From positions 620,001-684,000 of the forward strand of contig OZ237758.1 in assembly GCA_965178125.1 (NCBI GenBank): a stretch of 64,000 nt of DNA. The letters run 5' to 3'. The stretch's first letter is position 1. Each line of letters begins with the position of its first letter. The notes below the pieces were generated by a model. That model searched no databases, was not told the DNA's origin, and saw only the letters and a program-made list of their open reading frames with translations. This DNA is from Bilabrum cf. latius (lineage: Eukaryota). Position numbers and translations under genes: made by a program. Shown here piece by piece: positions 1-10,817 of this stretch.

Positions 1-959
1 GGTCGCAACTCTGGCCTCGCCCACCGCTGCTGCGGCGCGGCCCGCCTGTTCAGGAGGAGCGCCAGCGCCAGCACCACCACTATCGGATGTTTCACTTTCA
101 GCGAATGATTCACTCGTGCGTCGCAATGCGGTGGACAGTCTCCGAAGCACGGCGTGCAGTGCTCCGTTTCTCAAAGCAAGTGCTTGGGCCGGCGGGTGGT
201 TCTGCACCACAGTAGACAGCGCCTCGCAGGCCCCTGCTGACACGCGGGGTGACGAGTGCGACGTGAGCCGGATCAGAGGGACCATTCCGCCCATGGCTCC
301 AAGAATCGTGCTGTTGTCGCTGCTCGAGCAGAACATGTTCAGCTCGTCCAGAGCGTCCGCCAGCCGCTCCGGGTCGCTGGCCACGGCAGCCTCCAAATCT
401 ACCCCCTCAGCAGCGCTTGCCAATTCCGTGTCCGTGCCCGAGCTAGCACTGTCTGCGCTTGATTTGGATTCGCTGGCGGCAGATGCATCGCTGGGGGCTG
501 CTCGCGGTGCAGGCGGCAGAACTGCACCGTCGCGTCCGACCCTCGCACCCTTTTGCATGAGCGGCGCTACGGGTACGCCAGCTGCCCTTGATATCGTGCG
601 TGCCAAAGATCGCACCTGCTCAACTTCATCGATCTGCATAGATCGATAGATTGGATGGATGGAAACATGACGAAACACGTGGAACTTGGACACACTCTCA
701 AGCAAAAGCCAGGAAAGGCACCGATTTCTCTCAGAAATGAACTCACGGTGATTGACTTGATGGCATTCTCCAAAAAATCCTTGTCGGCATCGCTCATCGG
801 CTTTGGGGGATCCATTGCGTCGCTGCCGCCGGCCGGTCCGGGCAAGTCCCTGATCTCTACACCATCAAGAGCAGATCGGCCAGCTCTGGGATCTCTAGCG
901 TTGCTAGTGTGCTCAATTGCCCACCGAAAAACGGACAAAAACTTATCGGCATCCGACAT
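1..959 (-). CDS. HSPBP1: Hsp70 nucleotide exchange factor, HSPBP1/Fes1-like (3' end runs off the window)
   Basis: Exon 1 (959-747) reads MSDADKFLSVFRWAIEHTS...DKDFLENAIKSIT. A GTGAGT..TGCAG intron spans 746-634. Exon 2 reads IDEVEQVR...ALDELNMFCSSSDNSTILGAMGGMVPLI...ACEALSTVVQNHPPAQ, matching Fes1/ARM-repeat motifs (WA, D-N, QNxP). Confidence 0.8.
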
Positions 960-1115
960 AAGTCTGTGAATTTACAATATGATAGACTTGCACTCGTGGC
1001 TGTTCTTGTTGGTTCCGTTTGGGCAAACTGCGCGGCGCTGGTGACGACGGGTACCCGGACTACTCGTTCCTTGCTGTTACAACGGTACCCACCAAAGGTT
1101 CATAGTGAGCACTTA

Positions 1116-2624
1116 ATGGGGTGTGGTGCATCGAATAGTGCTGCAAGTGGAGGAGCGGCGCTCTCTGAAGCCGATGCAGCGATGCAAGCAGCGCGGGAAG
1201 CTGACAAGAAGCATCATAGAGTATTATTGCTAGGTAAGAAAAGGATATATGTCCATGATATGCCCGCAACATGCATGCAAGATATCTTTGGTCCAAAAGG
1301 TTCCGGAAAATTGTGATTCCATGCACGTCGGATGCTACCGTCGGGTGTGTTCGTTGCATGCCTACTGGCACCAAGTCACAACCTTGTGGTTTGCACTGTT
1401 GCAGGAACGGGGGAAAGCGGAAAGAGCACAATTATAAAGCATGTCTAGATGTAGCTGCTAAAAGTGAGGAGAATATCTGCGTGTTATCTCCACAGTGCCT
1501 CCCAACTGCCGCCAAGGCATCGAAGTCATGACAACGGAATTATTCCCAGCGTCCGCAGGGTGGCATTCCTGAAGCTAGTAAGAGTACTTTCAGGGATGGA
1601 ATACGATAGAACTGTTTAGACTGCATATAGGCGCTTGTGGAAGCTACTGAGTCATTGGAAATAGATATTGAGGACGAAGGCAACGCCAAGCTCGCCGAGG
1701 AGGTGAGTTTGCTCGATTGAGCCACGCCAGGTTCTATTTTCTTGCAAGACAGCTGTGTAAAGAATTTAGGGTCTTTTCAAAAGTCGTTCCGAGTTTTCCT
1801 CTTTCAAAGGTCCCGTTGCGCAGTTGCTAGATGTGACGTTAGACGATTTTGGTCCGGATATTGCAAAGAAAGTCACGTAGCTTTGGCACGATGACGCCAT
1901 CCAGGCGGCGTACGAGCGAAGAAATGAATTTTGGCTGCTGGACGCGTGTCCCTACTACATGGAGCACGCGGAACGCGTGGCCGCCGAGGACTTTGAGCCG
2001 AGTGACGAGGACATTATCATGACCAGGGTGCGGACGACGGGGATTGTGGAGACTAGCTACCAGTACAAGGACCACACGATCACCTTTGTGGACGTCGGGG
2101 GGCAGAGATCTGAGAGGCGAAAATGGCTGAACGTGTTCGACAACGTGGACGCCATCGTATTCCTCTCGTCGCTGGCAGAGTACAACCAGCGTTTGTTCGA
2201 GGACGTCAACGTGTGGAGGATCAAGGAATCGCTCACGCTGTTTTAGCAGATCGCAGGACGCAAGGCGTTCGCCCGAACCCCCATCTACCTGGTTCTCAAC
2301 AAGAAGGACATCTTCGCCGAGATGCTGAAGGAGACCTCGCTGGACGAGGTCTTTCCAGAGTTCGAGGGCGGCAAGGACGCCGCTAAGGCCACCAAATTCA
2401 TTGAAGATCAGTTCAGGGGAAGGTTCGGCGACGTCAGTCCCAAGGACAAGCCGCTGCCCATCACCTCGATGTCGGCGAGAGTGCGGATCGAGGCCAAGGA
2501 ATTTCTATTCCGGATTAGGGACGACCTGGTGCGGCGAGCGGCGAAGAAGGAGGAGTCCGAGGGCTCGTTTAGCTGGTTCGGGGGGTCTGGGATTGGTGCA
2601 TCGAACAAGTACAAGAAAGGGTGA
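1116..2624 (+). CDS. Heterotrimeric G-protein alpha subunit (4 exons, 6 in-frame TAG)
   Basis: Motifs: MGCGAS lipidation start, LLLG|TGESGKST P-loop, RVRTTG, DVGGQRSERRKW and LNKKD. Inferred exons are about 1116-1232, 1405-1463, 1559-1702 and 1824-2624. In-frame TAG at 1446, 1452, 1607, 1628, 1878 and 2244. Ends at TGA. Confidence 0.92.
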
Positions 2625-2960
2625 CCGGACTTGTGGGCGTGTGGCGGGTTCGGGGCATCGTGGGGGTTGGCGGGGAGGAGGTGGGCGAGGGTGTGGGGTT
2701 GGTGGTGCGAGCAAGTGGAATGAAAGCCATTCATTCAGCTCGCTTTGAATTTGACGGAGTCGATCGAGCACAATGCTCGTTTGGTCGGGCGGAGGAAACC
2801 GGCGTCTATGCGGCGTTGTTGAGTACACCACAATGGTAATCAATGATTCTTACATGTTTTAGCGAACCACATCCTGACGCACAAGCATGAAGGTCCACAG
2901 TGAGCATGGCAATGCAATCTACACGATACCTCACTGCCATGCAGCGAGGCTAGACTGGGC

Positions 2961-3878
2961 TCAGTCCACGATGATGCCGAGTGCTTTGGCATGGAACTTG
3001 ATGTGTTGCTCCACGAAGGTGGCGATGAAGAAATATCCGTGAGTGTATCCCTCTTCCATGTTGATCGTCAGGTCGATCATGCCGCCGGATTTGGAGCGAG
3101 CAGCCACGGCGTCGCGCAGGTGCTCGGGCTGCAGCTGCTCGTCTTTCAGGAACCCATCGGCCGTACCCTGCGAGACTAGCATCTCCAGAAGCGGTCCATC
3201 GCTGGGGTAGTTCTTCACGAGCTCGCAGGCGTCCCATTTGGGCCATTCTTTCGTCTTGCTCTCTTCGGATGAGCCGAGGTACGCACCGAAGGCTTTGTCT
3301 CCCCACGGGCACTGGCAGGGGTTGCAGATTGGCGCAAACGCAGAGACTGCAGCGTACTTCCCAGGGTTCTTGAGAGCGATAGTAAGGGCTCCATGGCCGC
3401 CCATGGAGTGCCCCATGATGCTCGCTTTCGTCGTGTCGACCTCCGGGTTCATCTCTTGCACGGCGGCTGGGAGGTCCTCAGTGACGTAACCGTACATGTT
3501 GTAGTGCTCCTTCCAGGGAGCTTCTGTAGCAGTCAAGTAGAAACCAGCTCCTTGGCCCAGATCCCACCCTTCATCGTCCGCGACCCCTTTCCCGCGGGGA
3601 GACGTGTCCGGCATTACCAGTGCGATGCCAAACCGCGTGGCATGTGCGAATGCACCTGCCTTCTCCGTGAAATTGTTCGGAGTGCAGGTCAGTCCAGCAA
3701 GATAGTATATAACTGGGCACTTTTGCCCGTCTGGGGCAGTCCCTGCCTTTGGCACGAACACCCTGAAGACCATCTCGCAATTTGTGGATTTGGAGAAGTG
3801 CGTCACAGTCCTTATCGTACCACCAAAAGCCTTCTCCTCCCCAGTCACCTTAGTATCACCGCCGGCTACTGCAGCCAT
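2961..3878 (-). CDS. ESD: S-formylglutathione hydrolase / esterase D
   Basis: Intact 305-aa ORF with LAGLTC, PDTSPRG, WDLGQGAGFY, GHSMGG (nucleophile elbow), SAFAPI and GYTHGYFFI. No internal TAG. Ends at TGA. Confidence 0.96.
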   Translation of the reverse strand: MAAVAGGDTKVTGEEKAFGGTIRTVTHFSKSTNCEMVFRVFVPKAGTAPDGQKCPVIYYLAGLTCTPNNFTEKAGAFAHATRFGIALVMPDTSPRGKGVADDEGWDLGQGAGFYLTATEAPWKEHYNMYGYVTEDLPAAVQEMNPEVDTTKASIMGHSMGGHGALTIALKNPGKYAAVSAFAPICNPCQCPWGDKAFGAYLGSSEESKTKEWPKWDACELVKNYPSDGPLLEMLVSQGTADGFLKDEQLQPEHLRDAVAARSKSGGMIDLTINMEEGYTHGYFFIATFVEQHIKFHAKALGIIVD

Positions 3879-3911
3879 TGTACGGGTACCCGAGTATGGA
3901 AGCTCAAAGTC

Positions 3912-3930
3912 TTGCTTTCGATGGGAGAGA
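3912..3930. repeat. Putative target-site duplication TTGCTTTCGATGGGAGAGA (second copy at 6634-6652)
   Basis: An exact 19-bp direct repeat flanks the two long retroelement copies. Confidence 0.7.
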
Positions 3931-5058
3931 TGATAAATTTATGTGATTCAAACTACACGCTACCCAGGCTAAGAAGTCACCCGAAGGCTACTTCGACCGG
4001 GAGGAACATCTCACTGACCAGCTCAAGCCATGGGGGCTGCCAGCTGTGCTGCTTCTCCGTGGAGGTTCTGCACATCTGGAGCTCCAACCGCAGGTGCTGG
4101 GGGATGTATAAGACCGGCATGGTCAGGGTCAAGGCCATCTACCTCGTCCCCAGCGCCTCCAACCCCTTCAGCTGGTAGCACTCCTGCCGGGTTCGCTGCC
4201 TGCACTACCTCCGCTTGTGCTGCCGCTTGCGCCGCCTCGGGGGCCCCAGCTCCTGCTGGACCCGCTCCCTGCACCACTCTCGCTTCCCGTAGCCCTGACA
4301 TGTTCCGCAACTTAAGGTTGAATTGAATCGTGCGGCATGCGCTCAGCATGGAAACTCCTTTGGCGATCACTCGCGCCCAGATCCTGACCTGGGCCTCCAC
4401 CGACCTGCTGCGGGCCACCCCCAGCCTCTTGCGTCGGATTCGGGCCAACAGGCGCAGCAGTCCGCGTGCCCCGTTGCCCAAGCGTCCTGTCGACAGGACA
4501 ACAAAGTCCTGGAAAACGACCTGGTTCCTGTTCTTGATGGACTTGACCCTCTCCGCGGCCGTTCCAGGTGCCCTTCGCCCTCCCATCAGCCGATGGGGAG
4601 GGATGGGCTCATTGATCTCTCGCCACTTCCTCCCGGCTGCTCGTGCTCCCGCTGCTTCGTCCTGATGATCCGACCCCACTGGTTTACTGGGAAAGTGCCT
4701 GTCCCCATTTTCCGTCCGCCTATTGATCTGAGACAGTCCGCACTTGGCATGCGGGTCCGCAGTTGTCACGTCAACGTAGATTGGCTTCGCACCCTCTCTC
4801 GGGATGATGATGTCCATCGAGTAGTTCCCTTCCTCATTGTACACCCCTCTGATCTCCTTCAGTGCCTCTCGTCCGGTCGCCTCTTGTGCGATTTTCAGAA
4901 CTCTCCGCTCCACATGATAGTGCAACCCCGTCATCCTCCTCTTGTCGTCCTCCCTGATCAGCCGATCTCCGCAGTAGCTCAAGTGAGCACACTGGTGCAG
5001 GTAGCCTTCTGCTCGGGCGCACCCGGGCATCGGGCACCTCTCTGCCATCTCCGCCTCA
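3925..5058 (-). mobile_element. 5'-truncated non-LTR retrotransposon, RLE type (CRE-like), family B; zinc knuckle plus restriction-like endonuclease
   Basis: The ORF fragment has the CCHC motif CPMPGC...HLSYC, then TGLHYHV and the PD-(D/E)xK-type motif MDIII...YVDVT. It ends with APMA-TGA at 4023-4025, followed by a ~95-nt 3' UTR and a (TC)n end. No RT domain is present, consistent with 5' truncation. Confidence 0.75.
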
Positions 5059-5063
5059 ATGGG

Positions 5064-6633
5064 AGAGAGAGAATATAATATGTCTGAGTCAAAGCACACA
5101 CTACCCAACTACAACGACCACCCCAAGAGGCAATCGCGCTGGGCAGGTCGAACGGATCAGCAAGCTCACGCCATGGGCTCCGCAAGCTGGGCCGCTCCTC
5201 CGTGGGGGAGTTGCGCTGCTTGCGGTCCATCTGCGTTCGCGATGCCTTCGTGTTCGATTGCGTTCGGATCAGCCGCCTCGTCCGGTGCTGCACCCTCAGC
5301 TCCTACTGCAGCTGCAGCAGGTACTGCGGGCACAGCTGGCGCTCCAGCTGCATCCAAACCCTACGCACCACCAGCTCCACCAGCCTGCTGTAGTGCCACT
5401 CCTAGCTGCGCAACTCCCGCTGCCAGCTCTCCCACCTGACCACCAGCTCCTGCTGCGGCCGCTCCCTGTGCGCCGGTTGCCTCCCTCTGCTTCAGCAGCT
5501 CACAAGCGTTAAGGTTAAATTTGCTCGTGAAAGCTGCGTTCCGCATGGCGACCAACCTGGCGATATCCCGAGCCCAGAACCTGACCTGGGCATCCACTGA
5601 CTTGCTCCCATTCTTCCCGAGCCGCTTACGCCTGATGCGTGCTAGCAGCTTGAGGACCCCTCTGGCTCCATCTCCGATCCTGCCTGAAGGCTGGATCACA
5701 AAATCCCGAAAGATCACCGTTTTGGGATTTTTCAGCGTCTTCACTGGGTTCCCCGTCGCCCCCGTGGGGATACGACCAGCCATCCTCCGGTGCGGAGGCA
5801 CCTCCAGATGAACCTCCCTGTGCTTCCTGAATGCTCCCCTGACCCAGGCAGTCTCATCCTGGTAGTCCGAGCCCACGGGTTTCGCAGGTCCGGTGCGTTC
5901 CCCCTCGCGTGCTCCCTTCTTGAACCTCTAGTTGATCGGTGCGAGTGCGGCTTGGGCAAGCGGGTCCACGCAAGTCACATCGACTAGGATCTCCTTCTCC
6001 CCTGGTCCTCTGTGGATCACCAAATCCATCCTGTAATCCTTTCCCTCCAAGTACTGTCCCGTGTCTTCGGATGACGCTTTATATCCTGTCGCGTGCTGGC
6101 CGATCCTGCACAACTCCCTCTTCACAGTCTCGTGGATGCCCGTGAGCCGCCCCTTGTCGGTGGCTCGCTTCAGCCTGTTCCCACAGCAGCTCATGTGTCT
6201 TACCTGGTGTATGTACCCGGTGCCGCATCGGCACTCGGGGTCCGGGCATACCAGGTTCATCTCAGCTTCCAGGTCGTGTGTCCCGTCTTGGTGCCGCATC
6301 CGCTTGAGCACCTCCTGCGCCTGCCTTGCCGATGGTGACGGTCCCATCAGACGCCTGCAAAATTCCTCTTGGTACCCCTTGTTGGCAGGAATGGTCACGC
6401 CATAACCAAACTGCTCCTTCACGTAGCAGGCGCGTAGCAACGCCCCTGCGTCGGCTGACCTGCAGCTCCTGATCAGCGCCCTTGCTCTCTGCATCTCCAC
6501 TCGGGCCCTGTCTGCCCACTGTTGGTCTTCTCCTAGGAGGCGTTGTTGGAACCCTGGGATGTTCTGGAAGGGCTTCACCAGAAACATCTCCGTGCAGGCA
6601 CGATCTGCAGCCTTCTTCATCAAACTTTCGTGG
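5064..6633 (-). mobile_element. 5'-truncated non-LTR retrotransposon, RLE type, family A (long copy)
   Basis: Motifs CPDPECRC...HMSCC, TGIHETV and RMDLVI...LVDVT. Homologous to copy B (KPVGSD.QDE, DFV....GR.G.GARG.L.LLARIRRKRLG, PMA-TGA). The frame continues through TAG at 5928 and 5361 to TGA at 5166. The 3' UTR ends TATTCTCTCTCT. Confidence 0.75.
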
Positions 6634-6647
6634 TTGCTTTCGATGGG

Positions 6648-6765
6648 AGAGAGAGAATATAATATGTCTGAGTCAAAGCACACACTACCCAACTACAACG
6701 ACCACCCCAAGAGGCAATCGCGCTGGGCAGGTCGAACGGATCAGCAAGCTCACGCCATGGGCTCC
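6648..6765 (-). mobile_element. Very short 3' fragment (~120 bp) of retrotransposon family A
   Basis: Identical to 5064-5181 (last codons, 3' UTR and TC tail). Confidence 0.8.
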
Positions 6766-6767
6766 GG

Positions 6768-6944
6768 AGAGAGAGAATATAATATGTCTGAGTCAAAGCA
6801 CACACTACCCAACTACAACGACCACCCCAAGAGGCAATCGCACTGGGCAGGTCGAACGGATCAGCAAGCTCACGCCATGGGCTCCGCAAGCTGGGCCGCT
6901 CCTCCGTGGGGGAGTTGCGCTGCTTGCGGTCCATCTGCGTTCGC
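6768..6944 (-). mobile_element. Short 3' fragment (~180 bp) of retrotransposon family A
   Basis: Near-identical to 5064-5240 (I saw one substitution). It abuts the (GA)n tract at 6946-6961. Confidence 0.8.
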
Positions 6945-7337
6945 GGAGAGAGAGAGAGAGAAAATAGAGTTTTCGCACGCAATTCAATACCAGAGACAAT
7001 CCGAGGACTGCCACCAAAGTAACGCGCACCTTAACAGGGGACCCAGCTGTACCCGCGTTGGCGGAGCCAGTCAGGACCTGAAAAGGCCTCTGAAGAAATA
7101 GTTGGTCTGGTTAAGACCGATACATGGGATCCACCCGAACACTCGACAGACCGGAAGATCGCATCCTGCTGAGCCACCGTGGCACCACTGGCAGCATCTG
7201 GCGACTGTCAAGAAACTTTGGATGCGGCGCAGCATATTGGGGAAAAAAGCTCAAATGCACTCGCTCTGGCGCCCGGATCCGCGCATTTTGTTTGGCTTTG
7301 AGCTCAGTCAAGATCGCGCCAGCCCTTCGATTGCCGC

Positions 7338-8417
7338 TCAGTCCGACTCTGAATCCGAGTACATGTCGTAGAAAGCCTTCTTTCCTCCAGCCGTCTGTGC
7401 CTTCGCTTTGGGCTTGGCATCCTCGGCCGCGGGTTCCGGTGCCGCTCGCTGAGCAGCTGCCTCACCCTTGGCACCCCTCCGCCCGGCTGCGCCAGCCCGG
7501 ATGAAGCCGTCCTTGTCCATCTTTAGGCGCTTGCCCCCACTGCCCCCCCCGCCGCCGCCGCCGCGTCCTCGGCCCCGGCCGCGACCCCGTCCACGCCCCC
7601 TCTCACGGCCCCTGCCTCCACCCCTTCCCTCAGCGTCGGGGCCCCTCCCGTCCTGGGCCGGCTTGGTTCCGCTGCTCTATGCGCGGCGCCGGTGGTCCCT
7701 CCGCTCCTCACCGTCGTGCTTCCCGCCCCGGCCCCTGCCTCTACCCCTGCCTCGTCCGCGGCCCGCTCCGCGCCCGCGGCCTTCGTTGCCATGGGCAGAC
7801 CCATCTCGCCGCTTGCCTTTGCCGCCCGCACCACGGGGTGGCGTGGGGGCTCGCGCCGGGGCGTCCCGACGCCAGTCGTCGTCCAAATCTGCCTTGGCTG
7901 GCTCGGCTGCCTCCGCGGCCGGGCGATGTCTGGAAGATCGAGACTTTCTGCTGTCACGGCGCTTACGGCGCTCTTCCGCGACAGACACCCGTAAGTCCCG
8001 GCCGGCAAGGATGTGGCCGTCGAGTACCATGGCACGGTACATGGCGTCGCGTTCTTCTACCTCGATGAAAGCCACCCCACGGAACTTTTTGGTCGAACGA
8101 TCGTGCACCATGTGTACGTCGGTGACGTTGCCAGCATGCTCAGTAAAGAATGCCTGCAGCTCGTCCTCCGTGAGCTGGAACTTCAAATTCGTGACCATGA
8201 CTCGGAACGGCGGGGACGTAGGAATCATGCCGTCTAAAATGGCGCGTTCTTCTTCCGTGGGCTCAATGTAGCCGGAGGGCAGTTCAGCGGGCACATCCAC
8301 GGGTGCCTCTGGCTGCACTGGGTCTGCCACGGCCGGTACTGACGAGCTGGTGTCAAGTGCCAGGCCTTCAGCTCCCATACCGCCATCCTCGGCATTCCAG
8401 TCGAAATCTTCGTCCAT
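7338..8417 (-). CDS. RRM plus RGG-rich RNA-binding protein (eIF4B/eIF4H-like)
   Basis: RRM with PPFRVMVTNL (RNP2) and FRGVAFIEV (RNP1), then DDDWRR and RG repeats. The frame continues through TAG at 7677 into the 7338-7520 ORF. Ends at TGA. Confidence 0.75.
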
Positions 8418-8685
8418 TCTGGACTGAAATACCGCTATGGGTTGGGATAGAACACAAGAAAACCTCGGTTTACGTTGATGATCTCCAGACAGTCCGGGCG
8501 CCGCGCAATAGTGGCTGGGTTCCGCAGGATGCGTTGTGTGCTCGGTTCTACGCGTGCACCGCATCACACAGCACCAAATGAGTCAGGAGATTATGCAAGC
8601 TTAAATAATTGAACGTGTGTTGCGCTCCAATTGATTTTTGACGCCCAATGCGGCGAAAGTTCCAGTGAGCGCGGCGGCGGCAGGC

Positions 8686-9393
8686 ATGGCTCGGGTCCAT
8701 CCAACTGCAACTGGAAAGGCGCTGGGGCGGAGTGCTGCAGCCGATGCAGAGGCCGATGCGATTTTGAAGCAGGCCAAGCGTTCTGTAGCCACTGGCTAGT
8801 CACGGAGCATAGTGGGGGGCCAAACCCAAAGGTTCGTTGTCCCGAGTTCTGTGGCCTCATTCAAGAAGCCAAGCTCAGCGCCAACGGCCGCAGCCATAGC
8901 GAAAAAAGCGTTGGAAATGAACGATATCAGGGCAGTGGAAACAATTGTCAAGAGCATGAATCTCAAAATATCGGACCCCGAGGCATAGGTGCGCGGCATT
9001 GCCGCCCTTGGCCACATGGCGGCAACGGGAAACCAGATTCAAATCAAGAAGCAGGGGCAGGCACACCAGCAGATGCACGACTTTGACATCATAAGCACCG
9101 AGGGCTTGTTCATACAGCAGTCTGGCGCCATCGGCGCAGTCCTTCGGGCCATCACTGCCCACACCGGCACCCGCCGGGTCGTGCTCCGCGGCCTGTGGGC
9201 GCTGGAGCACATGACGGAGCCCGTCGAGAACAAGAGGCAGTTCGAGCTGCTCGGCGGGAGCGCCACGTTGGCAACCCTTGCCGCTCTGTACTCGGCTGAC
9301 CATGACATCATGAGGTCGGTTGGGGTGCTGAGGAGCAGCGCCAGGACGGGCACGACCTTCAACTCGATGCAGTGCTGCTGCGTGCCATCATGA
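8686..9393 (+). CDS. Hypothetical ARM/HEAT-like helical repeat protein
   Basis: Single frame with two TAGs, including DPEA*VRGIAAL, where an ARM-like Q is plausible. Also GAIGAVLRAI...GLWALEHM. Cys-rich C-terminus, ends at TGA. Start codon uncertain. Confidence 0.5.
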
Positions 9394-9521
9394 GGTCGAG
9401 ATTTAGGGCCCCTACTGGAATGGCAAGACAGAAGCGTGAATACTCTTCATCTACCATAGCAATGCAACGCAAGCAAGCATGATTTCATTTACCGGCTCCG
9501 AAGGTATCCATCATCAGCCAT

Positions 9522-10817
9522 TCATTCTGTCCAGGCCGCTGGGATCTCCTGCAGCCACCACGGCTCCTTCGACTCGTCATACTATGTCAGCACCTCGACC
9601 CCGTGGTCCGTCACCAGAAGCGTGTGCTCGAACTGGGCTGCAAGCCCACCGTCTTTGGTCGAGGCGGTCCAGCCGTCCTTCCAGAGCACCAGCTGGGCCG
9701 AATTCTCCACGAGCATCGGCTCGATGGTGAACGTCAGGCCGGGCTTGAGCTCATACCTGTCCGAGTTGCGGTAATGGTTGATCAGTGGTTTGGTGTGGAG
9801 ATCCCTGCCCACGCCGTGTCCCTTGAATTCCTTGACCGTGTCAAAGCCGTACTCGTCCACCACGTTCTGCACGGCCTCACCGATCGTGGCAAGGGACACG
9901 CCTGGCCCTGCGACGCGAATCGCGTCGTGAAGAGCCTTCTTCGTAGCTCGGACCAGTCGCCGGCTTCTCCAGGGGTCCGCGTTGCCTTCCCGCCTCCCGT
10001 ACGGCATCCCGCTCGCCGAGCCTTGCTCGGTGCGAGCAGATGCCCCCAGAATGTCTTCCCCGTCCTGAGGCCGGGTGCGAGCACTGTCTCCGACGATGTA
10101 CGTTCGACAAGTGTCACCGTGAAATCCATTACGGTATGCGACGAGATCGAGGGATACAACATCACCTTCACACAGCGGTGCGTCGTCAGGGATGCCGTGC
10201 AGAGCGACCTCGTTCACTGATATGCAAATGCTCTTCGGGAACGGATTCCTGCCGTACATAAGCGGGCTCGGATACGCGCTATTCGCGATCAAGCTTGCAT
10301 GCACGGCTGCGTCGATGTCTTCCGTACACATTCCAGGTTCCAGCATGGATCCAGCGGCATCTAGCAGCTCGGCAGCAAGGGCACAAGTTTCCCTCATTGC
10401 AGCGATTGACGCAGCGTCGTGAAACATCGGATCTGGGTGACTCGATGGCGTCCCTTGTATCAAGTAGGGGGGCCGCGCAATTTGCGTTGGTACGTCACGA
10501 ACCGGCGAAACTTTCCCTTTGAGGATTGGTGGCTGCAAGCCGAACCATTCTACACGTCTCCTTCGGTGAGCTAGATGCTATGGAAACGCATGCTACTAAC
10601 TACGACTTGGCTGTGCCTCTGATCGCAAGACCTGGTCACCAGCCTTGGCAGAAGTAACTGTTGAATGGAGGAGAGATCGACCGGCTGACGCACCGCAGCC
10701 ACACGAGCCAATTTGCCTGTTAGTGGGCAGGGCGAGTCCGCATGGTACCGCCCGAAGCTTCTGAGGGTAAGAAGCAATGTTACGCACAGCTCGACTGCTT
10801 CTATGAAGTCGCTGCAT
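9522..10817 (-). CDS. Methionine aminopeptidase type I, organellar (METAP1D-like)
   Basis: Motifs FPKSICISVNEVALHGIP, DLVAYRNGFHGDT, GHGVG, FTIEPM and AQFEHT. An Arg/Ser-rich N-terminal presequence is in the same frame through three TAGs (~10578-10598). The C-terminus extends past TAG at 9582 to TGA at 9522. Confidence 0.9.

Noticed and set aside
1446-2246. Pyrrolysine or programmed readthrough at UAG
   Set aside because: TAGs are numerous, sometimes tandem, occur in unrelated genes, and share no downstream context that I could see.
5059-5108. Shared N-terminus MGSVCFDSDILYSLSPIE of track ORFs 4023-5108 and 5928-6692
   Set aside because: This is an artefact of translating the 3' UTR and TC tail of the adjacent upstream copy, not a real protein start.
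5064-6944. The repeated ~120-180-bp units as a CRISPR array, LTRs or ncRNA genes
   Set aside because: The units are the ORF end plus 3' UTR of the retroelement with variable 5' truncation. There are no spacers, cas genes, TG..CA ends or PBS.
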